DNA of 64,000 nucleotides from an uncultured archaeon (GTDB lineage: Archaea; Nanobdellota; Nanobdellia; Woesearchaeales; CAIVOO01), in assembly GCA_963845175.1 (NCBI GenBank), contig CAWJRI010000015.1:21316-85315 (forward strand), in the 5' to 3' direction. The notes under the pieces were generated by a model. It made no database searches, was not told where the DNA came from, and was given only the letters and a program-made list of their open reading frames with translations. Shown one piece after another: positions 40,788 through 48,959 of this stretch. Position 1 is the stretch's first letter. Every line of letters begins with the position of its first letter. The translations under genes were made by a program, and so were the position numbers.

Positions 40788-41189
40788 TTACCTCTTGCTC
40801 AATTGCTTTTTCTGCCTGGCTTTGCCCCTATTGTTTGGCTTTCTCGGTTCTCTCTGCCTAACATCCGCAATCAGCAGATTTCTGTCATAAGCCAGGAATG
40901 TCTGCTTTAATTTTTCTGATTTTGAAAAGTTAACAAGCGCCTTTGCAATCGCAAGCCTTCCAGCCTCTGCGCCTGCAATCTGGCCTCCGCCGTTTATATC
41001 AACATCAATGTCAACCTTATCTATTAAATCACCTGCAAGAACTAAAGGCTCTTTTAGCTTCAGCAGAGCCATTTTCGGCTTGACAAGTTCAATTGGAATC
41101 TTGTTAATTCTTACTTTACCGTTTCCTTCCCTAATTACAGCCCTTGCTATTGCCTTTTTTCTCTTTCCAGATGTGTTTAATATCTTCAT
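40788..41189 (-). CDS. rps9: Ribosomal protein uS9
   Basis: GKRK.A.ARA, GGG, YDRNLL..D.R..E. Confidence 0.95.
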   Translation of the reverse strand: MKILNTSGKRKKAIARAVIREGNGKVRINKIPIELVKPKMALLKLKEPLVLAGDLIDKVDIDVDINGGGQIAGAEAGRLAIAKALVNFSKSEKLKQTFLAYDRNLLIADVRQREPRKPNNRGKARQKKQLSKR

Positions 41190-41605
41190 TTTGCACCAAT
41201 CTCTTTTGAAATTTCTCCAATTGTTACGTATTTGAGATTAGGAAGCTTTGATACATTTGCCTCTTTTATCGTTGCAATCATTTTTTCATTTTCAAATTCA
41301 CTTGGAACTCCTATGTGGCATTTTATCCTTTTTAACGCCTTACTGCCTCTCTCTTTCTTGTATGGAAGCATACCTCTGATAACTCTTTTTACAAATCTAT
41401 CTGCGCTCCTTGTAAAATAAGGTCCTTTGAAAGGGCTGTGGCCAAGATCTCTTTTTCTCTTGTACTTCTCAATTACGTTTCTTCTGCTTCCTGTTATGAC
41501 TGCCTTTTCGCAGTTGACAATATCAATTTTCTCGCCAAGCAAAGCAAGCTTTGCAGCCCTTGTAGCCATTCTTCCAACAATCAGGTTTGTTGCGTCTATT
41601 ATCAT
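41186..41605 (-). CDS. rpl13: Ribosomal protein uL13
   Basis: IIDA....GR.A, N.EKAVITG, GP, RGMLPYK. Confidence 0.95.
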   Translation of the reverse strand: MIIDATNLIVGRMATRAAKLALLGEKIDIVNCEKAVITGSRRNVIEKYKRKRDLGHSPFKGPYFTRSADRFVKRVIRGMLPYKKERGSKALKRIKCHIGVPSEFENEKMIATIKEANVSKLPNLKYVTIGEISKEIGAK

Positions 41606-41961
41606 CCCAGCACCCTCATCTGCGACGGCTTAATGTTCTTTTTCATCAGCTCGGGGATTGTCATGCATGTTCCCTTTGCCTTTGTTATCTTTTCTTTTGC
41701 CTGCTCTGAAAACTGCCATGCAGTCACCACAAGCTTCTTGTCTATCTCGCCTGCTGCAAGAACCTTGCCAGGCACGATTATTATCTCGTTTTCCTTTCCG
41801 TACTTGTTTATTCTTGAAAGATTGACAGCTCTTCTGTTTCTTGAAGGCGCTTCCAGGTCAAGCGCAATCCTTTTCCAGATGCCTGCGTTGCTTGTGCTTG
41901 ACAGTATCTTAAGCTCTGTAATGAGATTTTTCAAGTTTTGATTTGTTGGTCCTGTTCTCAT
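41602..41961 (-). CDS. rpl18e: Ribosomal protein eL18
   Basis: TN..L..LI, W..IA..L..P.R, VNLSRIN, VPGKVL. Confidence 0.95.
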   Translation of the reverse strand: MRTGPTNQNLKNLITELKILSSTSNAGIWKRIALDLEAPSRNRRAVNLSRINKYGKENEIIIVPGKVLAAGEIDKKLVVTAWQFSEQAKEKITKAKGTCMTIPELMKKNIKPSQMRVLG

Positions 41962-42054
41962 TTTGAATTATGATTTTGTTTTGTTCGTCGTTGACCGTGG
42001 GTTTGAGCGCGCCAGCGCGAAAACCCACACCTTTACTCAATTTTTGGTAAAAAT

Positions 42055-42138
42055 TGCGGGGGACGGGAATCGAACCCGCGCAGGCACTAAGCCATACGGC
42101 CCTCAACCGTACTCTTTTGGCCACTCAGACACCCCCGC
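42055..42138 (-). tRNA. tRNA-Leu(GAG)
   Basis: Cloverleaf with TACGG-TT-GAG-GG-CCGTA anticodon arm, long variable arm, GGTTCGATTCC; CCA not encoded. Confidence 0.95.
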
Positions 42139-42144
42139 ATATAT

Positions 42145-42930
42145 TTAAGCGGGTTTGTTGAGGAGATTGCCGAACTCATCAAGCTGCTTTTCAATTGTCT
42201 CTACAGCAACCTTCATTATTTCTGAACAGTCAAGCTGTCCGAATGATTCAATATAAAATATGAAATCAGTGTCCTTCTCATTCAGCTTTATCTCGCCGTT
42301 TGTTATGTCGACACACGCGCCGCAAAGATGGCACTCATCAAGGTTCTTGATTGCAAGCTTCTTGTTCTTGATTTCAAAAACATCCTTTGGGCATATCTTT
42401 ACAACCTCTTCTGCGTTCTCGGGATTTTTTACAATCTCAATGTAAGGCTTGTACTTGTACCAGACGTGTCCTGGGCTCCATTTTGAATGCTCCTTGCCTT
42501 TTCCAAGCACAGCAGTAACCTCAACCTCAAGCTCCTGCCCCTTAAGCAGTTTTGCTATAGGCATTTTTGGATAAACTGGCTTTATTGCAGGGTCCTTAAA
42601 TTTCAGCTCAGAAGCGTAAACAATTCCAGGGCCTTTTGCCTTTAAACTGCCTGTTACCTGGCATTTAGCACAGCCTTCTCCCTTGCATGTGCATTCTTCC
42701 GGCAGGGTGTAGGTTTCCAAATCTGTCTTGAGAGGAACAAGCCCCAGCCTGTGCGCAATTATCTCATCATAAAGTATCGAGCTGTTTTTTCTGAACTCGA
42801 CATCCTCTATGGCCATTGCAGGAACTTCATCCTTGATGACCCTTCTCAGCGTGTTTGCAAAAGCCGGCGTAACGCCCGTAAGCAAAAAACTCATTCTGTC
42901 CTTTTTCTTGTCTAGGATTTCAAGCTTCAT
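42145..42930 (-). CDS. rpo3: RNA polymerase subunit Rpo3 (D)
   Basis: [27 protein letters not shown], ferredoxin-like CP...CHLCGAC. Confidence 0.95.
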   Translation of the reverse strand: MKLEILDKKKDRMSFLLTGVTPAFANTLRRVIKDEVPAMAIEDVEFRKNSSILYDEIIAHRLGLVPLKTDLETYTLPEECTCKGEGCAKCQVTGSLKAKGPGIVYASELKFKDPAIKPVYPKMPIAKLLKGQELEVEVTAVLGKGKEHSKWSPGHVWYKYKPYIEIVKNPENAEEVVKICPKDVFEIKNKKLAIKNLDECHLCGACVDITNGEIKLNEKDTDFIFYIESFGQLDCSEIMKVAVETIEKQLDEFGNLLNKPA

Positions 42931-43331
42931 ACTCTTCTACCTCTCTTTCCTCCTTTCTTTCTGCAGCTGTCATGAGGTATTGGCGTGACATCCTCAATAA
43001 TTCCAATTCTCAAGCCTGCCCTTGAAAGCGCTCTCACAGCTGCCTGTGCGCCTGGTCCAGGTGAGGTTGGTCCGTTCTGTCCGCCAGGTCCCCTTACTTT
43101 AACATGAACTCCATTAATTCCTTTTTCCCTTGTGACCTCTGCAACCCTTTTGGAGGCAATCATTGCTGCAGTTGGCGAGCTTTCAAGCCTGTGCGCCTTG
43201 ACAACCAGTCCGCCTGAGCCGACTGCAATTGTTTCTGTTCCTGTTATGTCAGTCACGTGGATAATTGTATCATTGTAAGAAGCATAGATATGAGCTATTC
43301 CCCATCTTATATTTTCTCCCCTGCCGTTCAT
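42927..43331 (-). CDS. rps11: Ribosomal protein uS11
   Basis: [32 protein letters not shown]. Confidence 0.96.
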   Translation of the reverse strand: MNGRGENIRWGIAHIYASYNDTIIHVTDITGTETIAVGSGGLVVKAHRLESSPTAAMIASKRVAEVTREKGINGVHVKVRGPGGQNGPTSPGPGAQAAVRALSRAGLRIGIIEDVTPIPHDSCRKKGGKRGRRV

Positions 43332-43849
43332 GCTTTCTTTACCTCTCTCTCAGGATGCGCCTGGTCAGCCAGAGCTGAATTTTCTGAAAAGCCTATCTGC
43401 GGCTCCTCTTCAATTGAAACGATATGCGAAGGTGATGTGACAATCTTGCTTCCGATTTTTATGTGCCTGTGGACTATGAACTGCCTTGCCTGCTTTGTGG
43501 ATTTTGCAAGATTTTTCCTGTAAATCAGCGTCTGAAGCCTTCTTTCAAGAATATCCTTCAGCGATATTCCAAGGCTGTCCTCGATTGTCGCGTCCGGCTT
43601 CAGCAGTCCGAGCCTTTTCAGCTTCTGCAGTAAAAGTGATTTTTCCTTTTCAGCCTGCTCGCTCTGCTCCGCAATCAGCTTCTTTGCCTGCATCGCGGCT
43701 TTTTTTATGAACGAGCCCATCTTCCATATCTCGTTTTTGTTGCTCAGTGCATATTCTTTTTTGAGCGGCCTTTCCTCGTCTAGCCTGACCTTCTGCCACA
43801 TGTGGCTTGGCCCGTGATATTTTTTTCTTTGTTTTTTTGGTGAACCCAT
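43328..43849 (-). CDS. rps4: Ribosomal protein uS4
   Basis: MG.PKK.RKKY, LERRLQT, ARQFIVH.HI. Confidence 0.96.
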   Translation of the reverse strand: MGSPKKQRKKYHGPSHMWQKVRLDEERPLKKEYALSNKNEIWKMGSFIKKAAMQAKKLIAEQSEQAEKEKSLLLQKLKRLGLLKPDATIEDSLGISLKDILERRLQTLIYRKNLAKSTKQARQFIVHRHIKIGSKIVTSPSHIVSIEEEPQIGFSENSALADQAHPEREVKKA

Positions 43850-43856
43850 TTTAAAA

Positions 43857-44342
43857 TCACTTCTTTGATGGTGATGCTGCCGGCGCTATCTTTTTCTTCG
43901 ATACGCCCATTACTTTTCCTTTGTTCTTTCTGAAGTGTGATTTTGTGCTCTGGCCCCTTACAGGCTGTCCAAGGCCGTGCCTTACTCCCTTGTAGCATTT
44001 TATCTTTTTCATCATCTTGATGTCATTATCAATTGTAAATTTCAAATCGCTGCTCAAAAGATGCTTGTCACTGCCGTCTTCCGGATCGCTTCTTCTGTTT
44101 ACCATCCACAGCGGAGCGCCCGAGGCAATTGGATTGTAAACTATGCTTTCTATTTTTTTGACTTCCTCATTTGTAAGGTCGCCTGCCTTTTTGCTGTTTT
44201 CAATGCCAGAAATAGTGCAGACAGCGTTTGCAAACATAAAGCCGACCCCGTTGATTTTTCTTAGAGCCCTGATTATCTTTTTGTTGCCGTCCAAATCAGT
44301 ATTGGCAATTCTTACTATGTGCTTGAAGCCTTTTTCGTCCAT
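43857..44342 (-). CDS. rps13: Ribosomal protein uS13
   Basis: IVRIANTDLDG, P.W..NR..D..DG, Y.G.RH..G.PVRGQ.T; start placed at MDEKG. Confidence 0.96.
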   Translation of the reverse strand: MDEKGFKHIVRIANTDLDGNKKIIRALRKINGVGFMFANAVCTISGIENSKKAGDLTNEEVKKIESIVYNPIASGAPLWMVNRRSDPEDGSDKHLLSSDLKFTIDNDIKMMKKIKCYKGVRHGLGQPVRGQSTKSHFRKNKGKVMGVSKKKIAPAASPSKK

Positions 44343-44442
44343 TTTGAATATGCCCAAGAATAAGTCTTAAAACAAGTTTTAAGACCCTATAAACGCTCAA
44401 AAGCTGAACTCGGGCCGATTTATATGAAGATTTGGGGGTTGT

Positions 44443-44973
44443 TTATAAAGATTTTGGTTTCCTTTCATATTTTATATATGACAATATTCTTGTAACCCCA
44501 TAGGGCAGTATAAATGCAATTACATATAGCAGGCTTACAAGCACAGGATTCTGATGTATCGGGCTCTGGAAAACAATACTCAGCCTGTTTGCAACATTAA
44601 CCATCACAAAAACAGTTATGACTGCAATTGCAGGAATGAACACACCAGCAATAACATGATGCGTTGGCTCCATGTGCTCTATGGCATTTATCAGGAAATT
44701 AAATACTGTTCCAAATGTAACTGCAAGCACAACAATCACGAAATAAAGCTGGTAGCTTGAAAGCACAATAAGGAATGGAATCAGGATGACTGAAATGAAG
44801 AAGTTGCCGACAATCGCTATTATCAGGGAAAGCCAGTAAATGACAGGATTCATGTTTCTCGTGTAGATAATTTTGCCCTTTTTGTCTTCAGAATACATTA
44901 TCTCCATCGCGTGCTTTATCTCTTCATCACTCCACCCCTTTTCCTTCATCTTTTCTTCAAAACTCTTTGGCAT
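44443..44973 (-). CDS. Hypothetical 4-TM membrane protein
   Basis: N-terminal KGWSDEEI helix then TM segments; follows minD. Confidence 0.7.
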   Translation of the reverse strand: MPKSFEEKMKEKGWSDEEIKHAMEIMYSEDKKGKIIYTRNMNPVIYWLSLIIAIVGNFFISVILIPFLIVLSSYQLYFVIVVLAVTFGTVFNFLINAIEHMEPTHHVIAGVFIPAIAVITVFVMVNVANRLSIVFQSPIHQNPVLVSLLYVIAFILPYGVTRILSYIKYERKPKSL

Positions 44974-44994
44974 TTTTTATTGGTCGCGAATGGT

Positions 44995-45756
44995 TTATTT
45001 AAACTTTTTCATTAGCCTGCTCAAAACGCTTTCCTTCTGCAGCGTCTCCCTGAATTCCTCGCCAAGCAGTGTTGCAGCCAGTTTCTTGTAGGAGTATGAT
45101 GCGGCGCTTTCCGGATGTGAATAGACAACAGGAAACTTGCATTTCAGCGATTTCCCGACATTATCATCATAAGGCACGACGCCAATGACTGGCTTTTCAA
45201 GAATTGTTTCTATGTTCTGCGTTGTCAGCTCGTCATCGCCCGACTTGTTGACAATCACGCCAAAGACCCTCACTCCGATTTCCTCAGCGAGCTTGATTGT
45301 TTTCAGCGCGTCTGTCACAGAAGGCATGTCCGGCGTCACAACAACAAGCAGGTTGTCGCATGCCTTCATTGCATCCGTGACTTCATCATTCAGCCCGGCA
45401 GCGATGTCAAGCAGCGCGATATCAACCTTTCCATGCAAATCCAGCATTGTGTCGCTCAAAGACTTGTGCGCCTTTGTCTTAGAATCCTCAAATGAGATGC
45501 TTGCAGGAATTATCCTCAGCCCGGAAATGTGCTTGTAGGCTGCGTCAGCTATGTGCGCATTTCCCTTTACTGCGTCATGCAGCGTGATGGGCATTCTTGA
45601 TATGCCCAGATGAAGACCAACATTGGGTGTTTTCAGGTTGGCGTCGACAATGACAACATCCCTTCCAAAATTTGTAAGAACCATTCCCAGATTTATTGCG
45701 GTTGTTGTTTTTCCAACACCTCCTTTTCCAGACACAATCCCGACGAATCTACTCAT
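44995..45756 (-). CDS. minD: MinD-family ATPase
   Basis: SGKGGVGKTT, TLHD, V.PD..SVTDALK, C-terminal amphipathic VLSRLMKKFK. Confidence 0.88.
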   Translation of the reverse strand: MSRFVGIVSGKGGVGKTTTAINLGMVLTNFGRDVVIVDANLKTPNVGLHLGISRMPITLHDAVKGNAHIADAAYKHISGLRIIPASISFEDSKTKAHKSLSDTMLDLHGKVDIALLDIAAGLNDEVTDAMKACDNLLVVVTPDMPSVTDALKTIKLAEEIGVRVFGVIVNKSGDDELTTQNIETILEKPVIGVVPYDDNVGKSLKCKFPVVYSHPESAASYSYKKLAATLLGEEFRETLQKESVLSRLMKKFK

Positions 45757-46204
45757 TTTTTACCAGCTCCCTCACATACTCTACAAAGTTTTTTGTCTTG
45801 TCAAAATACTCGTGTATAACATCTATGTTTATTTCCATTTTCTTGTCTTTGAATTCAACAGTCATTGTGACGTGCCTTCTGTATTCTCTCGCCCTCTCGT
45901 ATTTTGCCTTGCTTATCTGCCTCAGCAAAAGATAAAATTCAATGTTTTCCGCAATCTTTGGGTCGTTGCTGTAGTAATTCTTAACAGCATCGCACTTTGC
46001 AACAATGCTTGGAGGCGTTTCAGTTATCTTGCCTTCTTCTTCAAGCTTTTTTAGAATGGCGGCGATTGCAAAATCATAGGCATTTATCAGCCTTTCAATT
46101 ATATTTTTTATTACATCGACTGTTCTTGTGTATTTCAGGCTGACATAAATCAAGTGGTCCGCCCTTTTCAACTCCTCGTTTGCCTCAAACAAAGCTTCTT
46201 TCAT
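45749..46204 (-). CDS. Hypothetical protein, HEPN-like helical pattern
   Basis: EA.EELKRADH start; REYRRH; resembles 46185..46673. Confidence 0.65.
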   Translation of the reverse strand: MKEALFEANEELKRADHLIYVSLKYTRTVDVIKNIIERLINAYDFAIAAILKKLEEEGKITETPPSIVAKCDAVKNYYSNDPKIAENIEFYLLLRQISKAKYERAREYRRHVTMTVEFKDKKMEINIDVIHEYFDKTKNFVEYVRELVKNE

Positions 46205-46673
46205 CTAGATTCCTCACTGTCTCTTCCATGTGTGAATAAAATCTTTTTGTTTTTTCAACATAGTCGCGCAGCATCTCTATCGTTATTGTCCTCATCCTGT
46301 AATCATCGTCGCAGATTACAAACGCGTCCTTCCTTGAAAATTCAACGGGGCTGTGTTTGTGCCTGCTGACAAGCTCGTTTATTTCGTGAATAAATCCAAC
46401 CATTTCAGTCAGCTTGTTCATCGGCGCCGACTTCATCTTGAAAATATTGAACTTCGACTCAAAATTGTCATAAAATGGCGGTATTCTCCTGTAAATCCTG
46501 TCATAGTAGAGAACCGCGGACATTATGTGCTCAAGCGAAATGCTCAGGTTGTTCAGGACCGCAAGCAGCAGCTTGGGATCCTTGACCAAAGGATAGGTCT
46601 GTGTGAGCATATAGTCTGCAGACTTTAAAAATTTTAGCGCGTCTTCTTTTGCTTTTTGGAATCTTTCTGTCAT
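46185..46673 (-). CDS. Hypothetical protein, HEPN-like helical pattern
   Basis: A.K.LKSADY start; ends YVEKTKRF, matching YFDKTKNF in its neighbour. Confidence 0.65.
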   Translation of the reverse strand: MTERFQKAKEDALKFLKSADYMLTQTYPLVKDPKLLLAVLNNLSISLEHIMSAVLYYDRIYRRIPPFYDNFESKFNIFKMKSAPMNKLTEMVGFIHEINELVSRHKHSPVEFSRKDAFVICDDDYRMRTITIEMLRDYVEKTKRFYSHMEETVRNLDERSFV

Positions 46674-46680
46674 GTTAGAG

Positions 46681-47019
46681 CTAGCTTTGCAACTCCAGTA
46701 TTGCTTCTGCCAAATCGCCTTTGTGCTTTTTTATGGCATTCAAAGCTGTTTTTTTGTCAACATCCGCCTGCTCCATCACTGTTTTTATGTCATCTTCTGA
46801 GATTTCAGGATCAGTTGACAGCCCCTTTTCCACCCCTTCTCCGATTATCTGGTAAGTTTCCTGGCCCATCATGTTGACCTTTGCAACCTGAGGGCTTTTG
46901 AATATTATTTCCTTGTCTTTTGTCCTGATTATAACTTCTGTTGCATCTACATCAACTTGCTGGATGCCTAATTTCTTCATCATTCCAGCCATCTGCCTAG
47001 GATTCATTCCTGGTATCAT
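46681..47019 (-). CDS. nac: Nascent polypeptide-associated complex protein
   Basis: MNPRQM..MMK.LGI, GQ.TYQI.G, UBA tail GDLAEAIL. Confidence 0.94.
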   Translation of the reverse strand: MIPGMNPRQMAGMMKKLGIQQVDVDATEVIIRTKDKEIIFKSPQVAKVNMMGQETYQIIGEGVEKGLSTDPEISEDDIKTVMEQADVDKKTALNAIKKHKGDLAEAILELQS

Positions 47020-47020
47020 T

Positions 47021-47194
47021 TTATATTCCTAGCAGACTATTGCCATACATATGCAGAAGAATCACTATCACCATTACAATTATGCATAAAACAATCACAA
47101 CGCCTGGCTTGAACTCTATTTTAGAAGTATATTCATCAAAATAGCGAACCAGGCCTCCCATGCTGGAAGGCATATGTATTCTGTCCTGTGCCAT
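47021..47194 (-). CDS. secG: Preprotein translocase Sec61-beta/SecG, 57 aa (not in ORF track)
   Basis: Manual translation MAQDRIHMPSSMGGLVRYFDEYTSKIEFKPG followed by one TM. Confidence 0.9.
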   Translation of the reverse strand: MAQDRIHMPSSMGGLVRYFDEYTSKIEFKPGVVIVLCIIVMVIVILLHMYGNSLLGI

Positions 47195-47238
47195 GTATAT
47201 ATAAGATTAAAGCTTGTATTTAAATGTTTTGAAGAAAA

Positions 47239-47546
47239 TGTGTAGGGCAGAATAAGCCGCCTTTTGTAAGCCTTCGTTGCCGAACAGGCTTTGCTGGCAT
47301 TCTACTAAGCGCCCGAATGGGCTTGCACAAGCCAGGACTCGCCGTTTCATCGTTCCCTATGGCAATGTCAAAGGGTTAGCTCTCAGCCTTCGCAGGCTGA
47401 TTCGCCATTATCATCCTAACCATAGGCCGTGCCGTTTCTGAGCCGTTGCCATCCATTTCTGGATCTTCCTTGCGGAAGTGGCCTTTTGCTGTGGGCGGAC
47501 TTTCCTCAGTTCTTGCGAACCGATAGCCAACTACTGCCCCTACACA
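47239..47546 (-). ncRNA. rnpB: RNase P RNA
   Basis: Minus strand has GAGGAAAGTCC (CR-I) and ACAAAAGGCGGCTTAT (CR-V); ends pair as P1. Confidence 0.92.
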
Positions 47547-47577
47547 GTATCTTCGTTCAAAGAAGTCATATTTAAGT

Positions 47578-47856
47578 TTATCGCTTCTTCTTTATCTCTT
47601 CTCTCAGAAGCCTTAATTCAGTCAGCTGATTTTCTATAACCGTTCTCAGCTCTTCTTTCATGTTTTCTGCAACAGCAACAAGAATTATTATGCAGATTAG
47701 GACAAGCCAGAGAAATATTGCGAACAGGCCCTCCCAGGTCAACACCCCCGTTGTGCTGAACACTCTATAGATAAGGCCGTAACCAATCATGACAATCAAA
47801 ATTCCTATGACAAGAAGTATTTTTTCAAAGACATTCGGTGTCCTTATTGTTGGCAT
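47578..47856 (-). CDS. Hypothetical 2-TM plus coiled-coil protein
   Basis: Clean 92-aa ORF with upstream TATA-like element. Confidence 0.65.
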   Translation of the reverse strand: MPTIRTPNVFEKILLVIGILIVMIGYGLIYRVFSTTGVLTWEGLFAIFLWLVLICIIILVAVAENMKEELRTVIENQLTELRLLREEIKKKR

Positions 47857-47888
47857 ATTTAGGTTTAAATATTAGGAATTTATAAATC

Positions 47889-48959
47889 TTATGCCTTGTA
47901 CTTCAGCACAAATAGCTTTTGCTTCCCGCTCATAATCTCTGCCTCTTCAGCTAATTTCAAATCACTTGCCTTCTTCACAATTTCGGGCTTCTTGCACAGC
48001 AGAACAGCAATCCCATTCTTTTTCAGCACATATTTTAGCTGGTAAAACAATTCCTTGTAATTTTTCTCAGCTATTTTCTCTTCCTTGAAGTCAGGCAGAA
48101 CACTGACAATGCAGTCTACGCTCTTCTCCTTTACTTTCACGTCAAGCCAGTCTGTATCAATCCTGCTGAAATTTATTTTTTTGTTGACGCCGGCAATTTT
48201 CGCGTTCTTTTCAGCTGCCTTCAGGTTTGCGCCAATCGTGTCAAAGCAGAAAATCTCGGCTTTTTCATCCAGGTTTGCATTCTTGTCCTCTTTTTCAAAG
48301 TCAAACTTTGCAAATTTAAGAAAAGCGAACTTTTTTTTATTGTAAAAGTTCTGCGAAAGACCGCAGGCAGACAATGCAGCCTCTATGCACACCTCTCCTG
48401 ACTTGCAGAAAGGGTCCAGAAGAACTTTTTTCCTGCCGTAGTCAGCAATTCTGAGAAGCGAATAAGCAATATTTCCTTTAACAGATGCAGGATGCGAGAA
48501 TATCTTGTATTCTCTTTTGCTCAAATCAATTCCTGCGTAATCGATTCCAATATGGCATTTATTATCAAAAATATAAACAAAAACAATCTTTTCAGGGTTT
48601 TCAAGCTCAACTTTAATCTTATTATTTTTCAAAATAACTTCACCAACCTCTTCATCTATCTCCTGACTTGTGAAATCATGGCTTCCTTCCCTCTGGCATC
48701 TCACGACAAATGTTTTCGCATTAATTTTTATGCCTGAATTTTTTAGAATATCCTCTTTTGTCGTGAATTCAAATTCATTCAGAAGCTCAATTACCTTTAT
48801 GAAAGACCTTCCAAGATAGCAAAGCCTGCAAATTTCATTCTCGTTTGCTTCAAAAGAAACAACTGTCTCGCCAATTTTGCATTTTTTGCCAATCAATTCA
48901 TTGATTTCAAGCGCAGAAATACTTTCAAGCCCCTTGTTTGTTATTGCAAGCGCTTTCAT
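47889..48959 (-). CDS. THUMP-domain RNA methyltransferase (Trm14/RlmL-like)
   Basis: GLE.I...EI, V.LENP, DLSKR.Y, LLDPFC.SG. Confidence 0.82.
   Translation of the reverse strand: MKALAITNKGLESISALEINELIGKKCKIGETVVSFEANENEICRLCYLGRSFIKVIELLNEFEFTTKEDILKNSGIKINAKTFVVRCQREGSHDFTSQEIDEEVGEVILKNNKIKVELENPEKIVFVYIFDNKCHIGIDYAGIDLSKREYKIFSHPASVKGNIAYSLLRIADYGRKKVLLDPFCKSGEVCIEAALSACGLSQNFYNKKKFAFLKFAKFDFEKEDKNANLDEKAEIFCFDTIGANLKAAEKNAKIAGVNKKINFSRIDTDWLDVKVKEKSVDCIVSVLPDFKEEKIAEKNYKELFYQLKYVLKKNGIAVLLCKKPEIVKKASDLKLAEEAEIMSGKQKLFVLKYKA

Noticed and set aside
40588..44342. tRNA-Leu embedded in the ribosomal protein/RNA polymerase operon
   Set aside because: This is a known conserved archaeal gene order, not novel
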